A stretch of 64,000 nt of DNA, taken from positions 103,780 through 167,779 of the forward strand of contig CAYMED010000001.1 of NCBI GenBank assembly GCA_964389655.1. The letters are read 5' to 3'. The notes beneath the pieces were generated by a model. The model saw only the letters and a program-made list of their open reading frames with translations, ran no database searches and was not told the origin of the DNA. This stretch comes from an uncultured Candidatus Poseidoniales archaeon. GTDB taxonomy: Archaea; Thermoplasmatota; Poseidoniia; Poseidoniales; CAYMED01. Below are positions 10,501 to 18,447 of this stretch, piece after piece. Both the position numbers and the translations under genes were made by a program. How positions within the stretch are numbered: the stretch's first letter is position 1; each line of letters opens with the position of its first letter.

Positions 10501-13269
10501 TCTCTTCCAGATGACTCTGGTTTTACTCTTGCCCAAACTCCAACTCTAGATTCGATGATTGAATATGCGGTTAGAATGTCAAGGCAGAGTAGCCAAGAAT
10601 CTCATGACACCAGCAAACCAATAATGTCTGGTGAGAAACCCGAATTATTTACACCTCCGCTAGAAGTTCCATCACCTTCTCCTGACTCAATTTCACACAC
10701 TCCAATTGGCGTTCGAACTTGGTCAGTTGAAACTGAGAACATTTCTTTTTCAGATCAAATGGATGGAATCACAGAAGGGTCTCATGTTGTTTTGATCGAC
10801 GACCCTTTTGGCCTGACCCGCTCGTTAAGTGTGCGTCTTGAATCCCTAGGCGCTGAAGTGTCGCACCTCTTCCTTGAACCAGGTACAAGGCAAGTAGTCA
10901 TGGAAGCGTCGGATTATGAAACTGTAATCCGCTTTGACCCATGTAATGTGTCGCAAGTCAGAGATGCTTGTCAAAAAATTCTCAAAATAGGGAAGCCTTC
11001 TGTTTTGATAGATGCAGGTCCTCTTCATTTAATTGGAAGATCTTGGCCAATTGGAGAGGGTCAGGATCGTAAATTAGATTCCGTTCTCGGGGCGGGTCTT
11101 TTGTTTGAGGTATTGCGAAATTTAGGTCCGAGCATAGTTGGTCAATCAGGTCGTGCTATTACAATATCTGCTTTAGATGGCGCCCATGGCCATATCGGCA
11201 GTAATTCTCATCCAATGCAAGCAGCATCTGCAGGAATCCTAGGTTCTTGGGCTAAGGAAGTTGAGAATGTGATGGTCCGTCACATCGACCTTGAACCCGA
11301 GCTGATCATTGACCTTCCAGCAACCGCACGCAAAATTATTGAGGAAATTTCCCACCGAAATGAACCAGCTGAGATTGGTCTTGGTGTAGATGGAACGCGT
11401 CGTCGGTTTACCCTACACCCGGTTGATGGACTTCCGCTAAATGAACTTCCGGTAGCTGGTAACACGATTCTAGTTACTGGTGGTGGTGGTGGAATCACCT
11501 CTGCTTGTATTGTTGGCCTTGCTAATCATTTACCCTATGGGGTCAGGTTTGTGATAACTGGTCGCACCTCTCCCGAACCAGATGCTGAAAAATGGTTAGA
11601 TGATGATGAGGGTGTACTTCTCCAGCGGAAGACAGACTTGCGTAAGTCAATGCTCGACCAAGCAAATAGGAGGGGGGAAAGCGCCCCAACGATTGTTCAA
11701 TGGGAAGGTGCTTGGTCTAAATTGCAGCGCAGTCTTGAGATTTATCGTACGCTCTCAACATTGAGAAAAGCAGGACATGATGCAGAATATCACTCACTCG
11801 ATGTCACGGATGGAGCAGGAATAGATTCTCTTATTCGTCAACTTGGTGCAGTTAGCCTTGTCATCCACGGCGCGGGTATTGAAGAAAGTAGGTTTGTCTC
11901 GGATAAGCCCCGTGACCGGTTTGATCTATGCCTTTCTATAAAGATCGACGGACTTCGAAATATTCTCAATTCCGTGAGTTCTAGAACAAGAATAATCGCC
12001 TTTACCTCTATTGCCGGGCGCTTTTTCAATGCAGGGCAAGCAGATTATAGTGCAGCCAATCGCGTACTTGATACGGCACTTAGCCAACTCCCCCGTAATC
12101 GTGGTTTGACATTAGCATGGACTGGATGGCGTGAAGTTGGCATGGCTACACGCGGTTCTCTTGAGAAAATATTTGAATCCGCAGGTCTTGAAATGGTGGG
12201 ATTAACTAAGGGCGTTTCTCAGTTTGTAGATGCAGTAGGGGGTGGTTTATCCGGACCGCACGTCGTTTGTGGGTCTTTGGGAAGTATGGACGTGGATGAT
12301 TGCCTTCGCTTACCAGAACCGGATATTGATAATCCATCCATGATTGACCCACCTTCTTTTGCTCATATGCTTGGCCCAATCGAAAAACACGGAATGGATC
12401 GTCTAACATCGTATACTGAAATCATTGCTTCTGAGCATCCTTATCTCGTAGATCATGCAGTCGGTGATCGACAAATTTTACCAGGTGTAATGGGGATTGA
12501 AATGATGGCACAAGCAGCAATGATCCTTCGCCCGGAGTTAGCATTACTTGAAATTAGAAATGCTTCATTCTTGCTTCCTGTATCCGTATCTTCAAACCCA
12601 TTAATTCTAGAGATCATAGCTGAAATAGAACATATAGGTGATAATGTTACTATTTCAACTAGAGTCGAATCAAAACTCAGAACTAAGGATGGGCGTGTCT
12701 TTGATCAGCCGAGAATTCACCATTCAGCATCCATGATCTTCGGGCCAGTTAGAAGAAGCCTTGAGCGGTTGAGAAGTGAAATCTCTTTTTCCGAGAATTC
12801 ATATTCATCTACGATACTTAACTCGGGTGACATATATCGCGAGGGGCGTATGTTTCATGGCCCTCGATTCCAAGTAGTTTCTAGTGTAAATCAGCATGCT
12901 GGCCAAATTATGGATGCTACTCTGCACTCAAGGACAGGATTGGCTAAAGATCCACTTGACAACCCCATTTCTCGGCCATTTGTGTCATTGCCGATGCAAG
13001 TTGAAGCGGCATTCCAAGTTGCTGGGTTGCTGATGATGTCCCAACAGCGCTTGCTTGGACTTCCAGTCTCAATTGGTTCAATTTATTATGCGTCAAAGTC
13101 AGTAGAAAGTTCCTCACTTTATACACAGGTATGGCAGGTTGAACATGATGGGGCAACTACGGTTAGCGATGCAATCTTGTTTGATTTAAGCGGCAAAAAA
13201 GCATTAATCTTGGATGGCATCAAACTTAAGGCCATGGCTGAGTTAGATGGTCCGGATATTTTGCCTTGA
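4507..13269 (+). CDS. Type I iterative PKS/FAS (Pfa-like): KS-AT-pseudoACP-KS-ACP-ACP-ACP-KR-DH
   Basis: KS1 DAAC/EAHGT/GHLK; AT GHSLG + HAFH; KS2 NAC/SHETYT/TGHP; 3x LGIDTVRQAEIL; KR VTGGGGGIT + YSAAN; DH HAVGDRQILP. Alternative start ATG 4513 after GGAGG. Confidence 0.93.
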   Translation: MIMNPDLGLNQGPFEPIAIIGMSCLFPDASTLTDYWSNLLSGRTSIQALPPERWSVEDHWTEGGPGNVPEGRTYAKIGAFVNEFEFNWRRWRVPPATLGQIDPCQQWAVETAAAALEDAGLFGENIRRPLPGARTGVVFANALGGENRNLSNLRVWGDRITRIAQEKGLAKEHAQSLLEAITAESPRVDEQTMPGELANVVAGRVANLLDLQGPNHTTDAACATTMAALLDAARMLQSRQVDLMVCGASDRTMDPATFAKFSAIGALSATHSRPFDASANGFVMGEGAGCLVLARLDDAIAHGDRIHAVIRGIGASSDGRGKGITAPSIRGQQQAILRAYQQAGFSPKSVDLVEAHGTSTSVGDATELGVLSQIFGDGGRTHPVAVGSVKSNIGHLKAAAGMAGIIKAVLSIENQIIPPSCGFENPNSTIDWDTIPLCVPTTSENWQRSLEDLPRRAQVSAFGFGGTNWVALVEEWTTGYHHDLSEKWQARWNAGEAAFQGDTQVPKMITLPPSVLDPSCTPTLTHEELLTLEGGVLLLTGPDPKSLAIRLSEVSENLLNGGPIFDDDPTGRRLSIELAKASDWDLASNVRMALIATSWEEFRSKTSLAITAVEDREKWSFLDARLIHISDSPVDPHDRVVHQYPGQGSQWVGMTKRLSQRYSGAADVWLEADKTMVDILGGETISSFVLRTDLAESELAEAEAKLKRTEYTQPAMLTADLAIDRVFEDHGLVPDMVAGHSLGEYGALMRSGIMDMHDALRAAAARGTKMGSVDVPDEGLMASVTAPIDSIREVLESTSGYVIAANENSPMMTVIAGETKPMRKAIATFESLGAPVAVLQTSHAFHSKIVEPASGPLKEFLKGLDLQMPSIPITSNFNGGFYPQDISGYDGPQSAILPQLAPQMASPVKWTSQIEAMYTAGARIFVEVGPKRALTMFASQTLADRPHLAIMSNHPKIGDLASFLSAWGRLALAGRPASWPDPDSSILSEAFRAGPIGWDSVPTVPSMIPVEETPQIETSKSSKLSPNNKSEWVASVLSIGSGYPASMCIGNANLRHDLGMSHESINLCFQKISTLVEVDARRDPSLFETANEVIEWVTGPVPSLKSENKTPLPQHSLEFQKSDFSSSAAQTGPYDARILDPYVVSGVSLGLPGLDDVFDPDAIEKIVGGMNLISELPPSMKDAILDKRIVRLVKGEGGEGRFVEASGYDDIPQLAGMAGRFDLSDWGVDQKMIDTFDISTRLAIAAGYEAVRDAGIPLVPVEQIGRGGKRLVRRWILPKSYGDRTGVIFASCFPGLQQALDHAATNGDDGEGRFDRRYLFQVLTMGHSQFAQLIGARGANAHTNNACASGASAFAIAEDWLATERCDRVIIITADEVTHPTLMPWIGSGFASSGAAATGRNVKEVALPFDVRRNGLVLGMGAAAFVLERKSSADHRGVSPYVELLGAEISNSAFHGTRLDVEHVADNFDHFVSRMESRWNLDRHGIASRTVFMSHETYTPKKGGSADAEIQALRRTFGESASNILIANTKGFTGHPQAPDIENAVAVYGLVAGRFPPVANLKERDPDLGQLRLSEGGSVEADYAIRFAAGFGSQIAITMFRRLANDLDRIDRQKLLEWVKKSTGATDVDLRILDRRLVAFIDADENLIGFNAGTTWQKDLGKSPVPDEPADSPKLPHDKIDASLPIVEPTFDSRSPSLSKSKVQDVLLNIVVEATGYPAEFIEFDQDLEGSLGIDTVRQAEILAAARQELSLPEDPDFSLSQTPTLDSIIDYAMMMLGDSPISAPTMDDVESKQLGDTEDLPFQNQINDLEHLSSPFDGGIGDEEIRAILLEIVVEATGYPEEFIEWDQDLEGSLGIDTVRQAEILAAAREKLSLPDDPEFSLAQTPTLDAIVSYAVQMLVSDNPNETQESPSTEISSGPQVSVLNEVPDWSTKAPDNVISEKTTENRTLIRDTLLNIVIDVTGYPEEFIEWDADLEGSLGIDTVRQAEILGAARAQLSLPDDSGFTLAQTPTLDSMIEYAVRMSRQSSQESHDTSKPIMSGEKPELFTPPLEVPSPSPDSISHTPIGVRTWSVETENISFSDQMDGITEGSHVVLIDDPFGLTRSLSVRLESLGAEVSHLFLEPGTRQVVMEASDYETVIRFDPCNVSQVRDACQKILKIGKPSVLIDAGPLHLIGRSWPIGEGQDRKLDSVLGAGLLFEVLRNLGPSIVGQSGRAITISALDGAHGHIGSNSHPMQAASAGILGSWAKEVENVMVRHIDLEPELIIDLPATARKIIEEISHRNEPAEIGLGVDGTRRRFTLHPVDGLPLNELPVAGNTILVTGGGGGITSACIVGLANHLPYGVRFVITGRTSPEPDAEKWLDDDEGVLLQRKTDLRKSMLDQANRRGESAPTIVQWEGAWSKLQRSLEIYRTLSTLRKAGHDAEYHSLDVTDGAGIDSLIRQLGAVSLVIHGAGIEESRFVSDKPRDRFDLCLSIKIDGLRNILNSVSSRTRIIAFTSIAGRFFNAGQADYSAANRVLDTALSQLPRNRGLTLAWTGWREVGMATRGSLEKIFESAGLEMVGLTKGVSQFVDAVGGGLSGPHVVCGSLGSMDVDDCLRLPEPDIDNPSMIDPPSFAHMLGPIEKHGMDRLTSYTEIIASEHPYLVDHAVGDRQILPGVMGIEMMAQAAMILRPELALLEIRNASFLLPVSVSSNPLILEIIAEIEHIGDNVTISTRVESKLRTKDGRVFDQPRIHHSASMIFGPVRRSLERLRSEISFSENSYSSTILNSGDIYREGRMFHGPRFQVVSSVNQHAGQIMDATLHSRTGLAKDPLDNPISRPFVSLPMQVEAAFQVAGLLMMSQQRLLGLPVSIGSIYYASKSVESSSLYTQVWQVEHDGATTVSDAILFDLSGKKALILDGIKLKAMAELDGPDILP
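9613..10578 (+). repeat. Three tandem ACP-domain repeats within the PKS (~9613-9837, ~9982-10206, ~10357-10578)
   Basis: Repeated TGYPxEFIExDxDLEGSLGIDTVRQAEIL...QTPTLD with diverged synonymous codons. Confidence 0.9.
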
Positions 13270-13278
13270 GGTGGGTGA

Positions 13279-14115
13279 ATGAGATCATCCCTTTGGGTTC
13301 CTCCTAGTTCTTCAAATAGATTTGTGTCGGTATTACCATCCCGCGTCGTGCAGAGTTGGCTTCTTAATGGAATTGTCGATGGTGCATCTGAATTAGGACC
13401 AGACGTTCACTTAATTGCACCCGCGGTCGAAAATAACATTTCAGGTTACGAAATGGAAATCATCGCTGGTTGGAGTTCAATCGAAAAGTCTCAAGAAAAA
13501 ATCCTTTGGTTACCCCCAATACATCGATTTATTGATCAATCCGAAGTAGATCAAATGCGTGTTCCAAAGCGTCGGATTGAATATATGACTGGTCGGTGGT
13601 TGCTAGGGGAAGTGATTGGAGTGGGTAAAGATGAATTATCCATCAAGCGTGATGAATATCGCGCCCCGCACCTTGTAGGATCATCTTCAAAACACAAATA
13701 TGTCACAATTTCACATGCCGATGATCTTGCTTTAGCTGCCTCTTGCAATTTTCCCATAGGAATTGACCATGAACCTCTCAGATCGCCTAGGAAAAAATCA
13801 CTGATTAGAGAGATTTCAAGTGATTGGGAAGCCGAATATCTCGAATTAAATTGGAACGTAGATCCCAAATTTTCTTCGTTCAATCTAAACCGTATTTGGA
13901 CAGTGAAAGAGGCGATTCTAAAAGTCCTTGGTTGTGGTATGAATCTTTCTCTAAGTCGACTACCAATCGGGCACTTAATCTCGGGTAGTGGTAATGAATT
14001 ATGCCTGGATGTGCAATTGCACAGACCCATGCGCATTTGGATTCAAATTAGGGATTTCTCAATTAATAGGAAAATGTGGTCAATTGCCACAGCACTTGGT
14101 GTCGCATCATCATGA
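13279..14115 (+). CDS. 4'-phosphopantetheinyl transferase (Sfp-type)
   Basis: TISHAD, IGIDHE, WTVKEAILK motifs; GGTGA SD; 9 nt after PKS stop. Confidence 0.88.
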   Translation: MRSSLWVPPSSSNRFVSVLPSRVVQSWLLNGIVDGASELGPDVHLIAPAVENNISGYEMEIIAGWSSIEKSQEKILWLPPIHRFIDQSEVDQMRVPKRRIEYMTGRWLLGEVIGVGKDELSIKRDEYRAPHLVGSSSKHKYVTISHADDLALAASCNFPIGIDHEPLRSPRKKSLIREISSDWEAEYLELNWNVDPKFSSFNLNRIWTVKEAILKVLGCGMNLSLSRLPIGHLISGSGNELCLDVQLHRPMRIWIQIRDFSINRKMWSIATALGVASS

Positions 14116-14157
14116 CTCCGAATTGGTCAAAGGGGAAACCCTAGTCGCTCATTCAAC

Positions 14158-14228
14158 GCGGGTGTGGTCTAGCGGTAAGATTCCAGCCTTCCAAGCTGGA
14201 GATCCGGGTTCGATTCCCGGCGCCCGCA
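14158..14228 (+). tRNA. tRNA-Gly (TCC)
   Basis: Acceptor GCGGGTG/CGCCCGC+A, anticodon arm CCAGC-CTTCCAA-GCTGG, T arm CCGGG-TTCGATT-CCCGG; no encoded CCA. Confidence 0.97.
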
Positions 14229-14240
14229 TATAGAATACTG

Positions 14241-14247
14241 TTTTTTT
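14241..14247 (+). terminator. Oligo-T tract, probable archaeal terminator of the tRNA transcript
   Basis: T7 run about 12 nt after the tRNA 3' end. Confidence 0.45.
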
Positions 14248-14307
14248 CACATTGGTGCTTCGCATAGGATGATAGGCATCAGGTAAGCCGATTGATTCGT
14301 GAGGGAG

Positions 14308-16164
14308 ATGCGGGCGCAGTCTGAGCCACATGAATCAGAATCCTCTCAAGAAGATCTTGAGGGCGATCACCAGATATTTGGACGCCAACTTTGGCGTCTT
14401 CTACCATTTTTACGGCCCTATGCTTTCCCTCATATTACGACAGGAATTCTTGCGAATGCTTTTGCTCGAGCCTTTGACCTTCTCCCCTTTGTTGCCATCG
14501 GTCTCTATGTGGATTATGCTCTCGATGGTGTCGTCCGCGGCCCCGATTGGTTCCAAGACCTAGTTTGGAATGGGAATGAGCACCTTTTCTATGGGACTCT
14601 GATTTTTCTGGCATTTTCAGGCCTTGCCATTTTTCAAGGCATTTCTGATCTCTCTTGGCAGATCTTAAGCCAGCGCACTCAACACGATTTACGCCTTGCA
14701 GCCTTTTCCAACTTGGTAAAGATGGAGCAGCGCTATTTTGAAGACCGGCAGGTAGGTGACGTGATGAGTGTATTATCTGCTGATGTCAATCAACTTGAAG
14801 AATTTGTGAGTGATTCATCAACATCCATAATTCGTCTGGTTGTTACATTTTCAACTGCGTTTGTTATTCTCATGACGATGTCATGGAAATTGACTTTGGT
14901 TCTATTTGGTCCCTTGTTTTTCATTATCCCGATGGTTTACTTTTTCTCGACAAGGGTTCAGGGGAAATACCGAAAAAGTCGGCAGTCCTTTGGGGATATC
15001 AATTCAGTCCTAGAAAATACAATTTCAGGAATGGGGGTAGTGCAGGCTTATTCTGCAGAAGAAAAGGAAGCGATTAGGGTCGGAAAAGAATCCCAATCCT
15101 ATATGACTCATGCGATCTCAGCATCTTGGGACCGAGCAAAATTCATCCCAATGATTTACGTCATTGCGGGGTTGGCTTTTGGCTTTCTTATTTCATTAGG
15201 GGGATTGTTGCTTAGGGATGGAACCATTACTGTGGGAAACTTCACGACTTTTCTACTAATCTCTACCCGTATGACCATGCCAATGTTCATTCTTGGATTA
15301 TTAGTGAATCAGATTCAGCGGTCGGAAGCTTCAGCAAGGCGTGTATTTGCCGTTATGGATCTTGAACCTAGTATCATTGATAATGAGGATTCACTATCGC
15401 TTGATAAACGAGTTACTTCCCTTAAATTTGAAGGCGTAACTTTTGCTTACCCAGGCGGTCCGAATGTCCTAAATGGCGTTAGTTTTGGTATATCCCAAGA
15501 TGAGATGATCGGCATTGTTGGTCCATCTGGCGCCGGAAAAAGCACAATTGTCAAGCTGCTTTTACGCTATTATGAGCCGAACAATGGGACCATCACTATG
15601 AATGATTCAAACCTCCAAGAACTTACACTTGAATCCATGCGGTCTCAACTTGGCTATGTGAGTCAAGATGTATTTTTGTTTCATGGGACAATTCGCGATA
15701 ATATTGCATATGCAGTTCCAAATGCATCTGATGAGCAGATTAAGGATGCAGCACAAGTAGCAGGTGCTTGGTCATTTATTGCTAATTTGGAAGATGGAAT
15801 CAACACGGTCGTCGGTGAACGTGGAGTAAAATTATCTGGCGGCCAACGCCAACGAATTTCATTGGCCCGAGCTTTGTTGCGTGACCCTGCATTGCTTATT
15901 CTCGATGAAGCAACGTCTTCACTGGATTCTGCGACAGAGGAAGTTATTCAACGCAATCTTTCAGAGACTCGCTCTGGACGCATGACAATTGCAGTTGCTC
16001 ATCGCCTTTCCACAATACGCAAAGCAAATTTCATTCTTGTTTTAGTTGATGGCGTTGTGATGGAAATGGGCACCCATGAAGAACTTGTTTCGGCAAATGG
16101 AGTATATGCCGACCTTTGGAATGTTCAATCAGGATCTCTAAAAGTTCATTCGGAAGAAGAATGA
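14308..16164 (+). CDS. ABC exporter, fused permease-ATPase (MsbA/MdlB-like)
   Basis: N-terminal multi-TM domain; GPSGAGKS, LSGGQRQR, LILDEATS, AHRLST. Confidence 0.92.
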   Translation: MRAQSEPHESESSQEDLEGDHQIFGRQLWRLLPFLRPYAFPHITTGILANAFARAFDLLPFVAIGLYVDYALDGVVRGPDWFQDLVWNGNEHLFYGTLIFLAFSGLAIFQGISDLSWQILSQRTQHDLRLAAFSNLVKMEQRYFEDRQVGDVMSVLSADVNQLEEFVSDSSTSIIRLVVTFSTAFVILMTMSWKLTLVLFGPLFFIIPMVYFFSTRVQGKYRKSRQSFGDINSVLENTISGMGVVQAYSAEEKEAIRVGKESQSYMTHAISASWDRAKFIPMIYVIAGLAFGFLISLGGLLLRDGTITVGNFTTFLLISTRMTMPMFILGLLVNQIQRSEASARRVFAVMDLEPSIIDNEDSLSLDKRVTSLKFEGVTFAYPGGPNVLNGVSFGISQDEMIGIVGPSGAGKSTIVKLLLRYYEPNNGTITMNDSNLQELTLESMRSQLGYVSQDVFLFHGTIRDNIAYAVPNASDEQIKDAAQVAGAWSFIANLEDGINTVVGERGVKLSGGQRQRISLARALLRDPALLILDEATSSLDSATEEVIQRNLSETRSGRMTIAVAHRLSTIRKANFILVLVDGVVMEMGTHEELVSANGVYADLWNVQSGSLKVHSEEE

Positions 16165-17280
16165 TCACTCCTCTTCATGCTTGATGACTGAGCGGACCCG
16201 ATCATCAATTTGATGGCCGAAACCAGCTTTATCCCCATGGCGCTTGATATGGCTATTTCCATCTTTGATTCCCATTCCATAATTGAAGTGCGCAATAAAG
16301 GCAAAGAATGGGGCCACGATTATCGTTGATATTCTCCGTTGAGGGCTCTTTCCAAAGGCGGATCCTACCCAGCAGAGAAGTATATACACTCCAATCAATA
16401 CTCCAAATCCAATCGATATCGTCCGTATTATGTGTTGGTAAGGAACAGATGTTTCGAGATATTTTAGCAGCAGAGACCCCCCAATTGTAAAGGCCGATAA
16501 GTAACAAAGAATGGGAAAAAACAGGATAAGTTGATGGGACACCGAGGCAAGATCGGGGTCTCTTGAATTCAAAATCCGCCTCACTTTTCCATAATTTCTC
16601 ATCTGCTTAGCAAATTTTCTCGTACGTCTACGGCGGTGCCCAACCCTAATCGTTGGGTCAAACCATAATCTATGTCCTGAAGATCGTAACTTTGAGTCTA
16701 ATTCGACATCTTCAGCTCCAATTGACCCGTCTTCAAACCCGTTGACGCTTAAGAGTGCGGAAAGGCGATAAGAGGCATTAACGCCTGGATTATGGCTGAT
16801 TTCAACTAACTCGCCTTTTGGTGCTTTTCCATATCGTGTTCCTAATGTGATCCATCGAGCACCGATAACTACATCTGAACATTTTGCAGTCCATGGATCG
16901 TCATCAGGTGCCCAATTTTGACCCCCAATTCCGGAAACCTCTTTTCGGCCGTACCAGCGCATATGGTTTTCAATCCAATCAGGTGGTAGCAGTGCGTCAT
17001 CATCAGTGAATAGAACAACGACTTCTTCCTCAGAATGTGCCTGATGAATTTCAGAAATTCCTCTGTTACAGGCATCGGCTCGCGAAGTACTAGTATCTAG
17101 GATCCATTTTGCGCCATGTGCTTCTGCAATTTCTTGAGTATTGTCAGTTGACTGTGAGTCGATGACCCAAACCTCGTATTTTCCCACATATGTCTGCTTT
17201 TCGAGTGTTGAAAGAGCCTGCTTAAGCATGCTCGCTGCATTAATTGTGGGGATCAGGACGCAAGCAATATGCTTGTCCAT
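16165..17280 (-). CDS. Glycosyltransferase family 2 with C-terminal TM helices
   Basis: VLIPTIN, IDSQSTD, FTDDD, AEDVELD motifs. Confidence 0.88.
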   Translation of the reverse strand: MDKHIACVLIPTINAASMLKQALSTLEKQTYVGKYEVWVIDSQSTDNTQEIAEAHGAKWILDTSTSRADACNRGISEIHQAHSEEEVVVLFTDDDALLPPDWIENHMRWYGRKEVSGIGGQNWAPDDDPWTAKCSDVVIGARWITLGTRYGKAPKGELVEISHNPGVNASYRLSALLSVNGFEDGSIGAEDVELDSKLRSSGHRLWFDPTIRVGHRRRRTRKFAKQMRNYGKVRRILNSRDPDLASVSHQLILFFPILCYLSAFTIGGSLLLKYLETSVPYQHIIRTISIGFGVLIGVYILLCWVGSAFGKSPQRRISTIIVAPFFAFIAHFNYGMGIKDGNSHIKRHGDKAGFGHQIDDRVRSVIKHEEE

Positions 17281-17306
17281 ATCCTCAAGCCGCTTTCGTC
17301 ATTACT

Positions 17307-18053
17307 CTAGTAAGTTCCTTCATTTCTCCGTGGTGCCAGTAGGTAGAGTCCCTTTCCGGCAGCATCTGCAAATTCAAAATCTGCCCGCAAAGGGGATCCT
17401 GAAGTGAGGCCAAAATCCATTGTGGGTAATGATTCAAGTCTCTTGGTTAGGTTAACCAGATATGGCATGCTGTAGGATGATTGTTGCTCTTCAGAACACT
17501 CGATGCTTTGGAGTTCAGCATCTGAGTATGTAACGTTAACTCCGTCGGTGGCATTTTCAACTTTGATAGCCATTCCTTCAGGTTCTATCGAGATAACAAC
17601 AACATCTGACACAACATAGGCTGCTTTCATCCCACGGTGAATATCAGCACCACTAATTTTTACAGATGCCTGAACAGGTACTTCCATCACTCTCGGAACG
17701 TTAATCTCGCTTAGATTTAGTGGGCTGATGGTGCGGTGAATGTTTCCCACTTCAAGATGAATAATTCCTACTTTTTCATCGTAGCGTAAGTTAAGCGAAT
17801 CATTACTGGATGCCATTTGAAGAGTCTGCTTGACTTTATCCAATTGCACTCCAATTTCAATTTCCTCTTCAACACCATAGGTGTCGAATGCAGATGCATC
17901 TAATCTTAGGTGCACCATGGCCACATGTCCCGGGTCAACAGCAGAGACTGTGAGTCCATCTTTGTCAAATGTCATGGCAGCATCGTCAACTACGACTTTT
18001 AGGATGTCAACGACGAGTCCAAAGACGTCACATCGGGCGGTGATGTTCAGCAT
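17307..18053 (-). CDS. pcn: DNA polymerase sliding clamp (PCNA)
   Basis: AVDPGHVAMVHL, DASAFDTY, C-terminal YLLAPR; ~248 aa; start taken at ATG 18053. Confidence 0.92.
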   Translation of the reverse strand: MLNITARCDVFGLVVDILKVVVDDAAMTFDKDGLTVSAVDPGHVAMVHLRLDASAFDTYGVEEEIEIGVQLDKVKQTLQMASSNDSLNLRYDEKVGIIHLEVGNIHRTISPLNLSEINVPRVMEVPVQASVKISGADIHRGMKAAYVVSDVVVISIEPEGMAIKVENATDGVNVTYSDAELQSIECSEEQQSSYSMPYLVNLTKRLESLPTMDFGLTSGSPLRADFEFADAAGKGLYLLAPRRNEGTY

Positions 18054-18115
18054 GAGTGAATCCCTCATACGTGTCGGGCGTGTGCGGCTCATAACCTTTG
18101 GGCGGAAATTCTGCG

Positions 18116-18436
18116 TTAGTATTCCCGCCAGCGGTGTTCACATTCTGCGCAGGTACATATTCTCGTTTCTGGCTCATCGCTTGCTCTAGTTTGTCTTAAT
18201 TCGACATATACATCTGTTGAATCACATTTTGGGCAAGTATGTGCGCCGGATGTGAGGTTTCCCATCGCAGGTGCATTTTCGATAATTTCGAATTCACGCA
18301 CTTGTGCTTCCGACGTAGAACTTGCTTTCGCGAGTTTTCCTTCTGCAGGCCCCTCGTAACCGCAAGATGGGTCAGGGCAGCGGATATATCCATCGGCGCC
18401 AATGAATGAGAGTGTTTGACAAGCGGGGCAGAAGAT
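18116..18436 (-). CDS. tfs: Transcription elongation factor TFS (RpoM/TFIIS family), probable ATC start
   Basis: N-terminal FCPAC...CPDPSC and C-terminal CPKC...QTRASDEP...CAEC zinc ribbons; ORF track has only the C-terminal 61 aa. Confidence 0.9.
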   Translation of the reverse strand: MFCPACQTLSFIGADGYIRCPDPSCGYEGPAEGKLAKASSTSEAQVREFEIIENAPAMGNLTSGAHTCPKCDSTDVYVELRQTRASDEPETRICTCAECEHRWREY

Positions 18437-18440
18437 TAGA

Positions 18441-18447
18441 TCACCTC
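18441..18447 (-). promoter_or_regulatory. Shine-Dalgarno GAGGTGA of tfs
   Basis: Minus strand reads GAGGTGA-TCTA-ATC-TTC-TGC. Confidence 0.6.

Noticed and set aside
9613-10578. ACP repeats as an assembly duplication artefact
   Set aside because: Copies differ at many synonymous and some amino-acid positions and have unrelated linkers
4818-13156. Many short alternative-frame and antisense ORFs inside the PKS (and other long genes)
   Set aside because: No recognisable motifs; expected by chance within long coding regions
14158-14228. tRNA-Gly as the integration site of a PKS genomic island
   Set aside because: No integrase, no duplicated tRNA end noticed, and the cluster lies 5' of the tRNA with host-like composition
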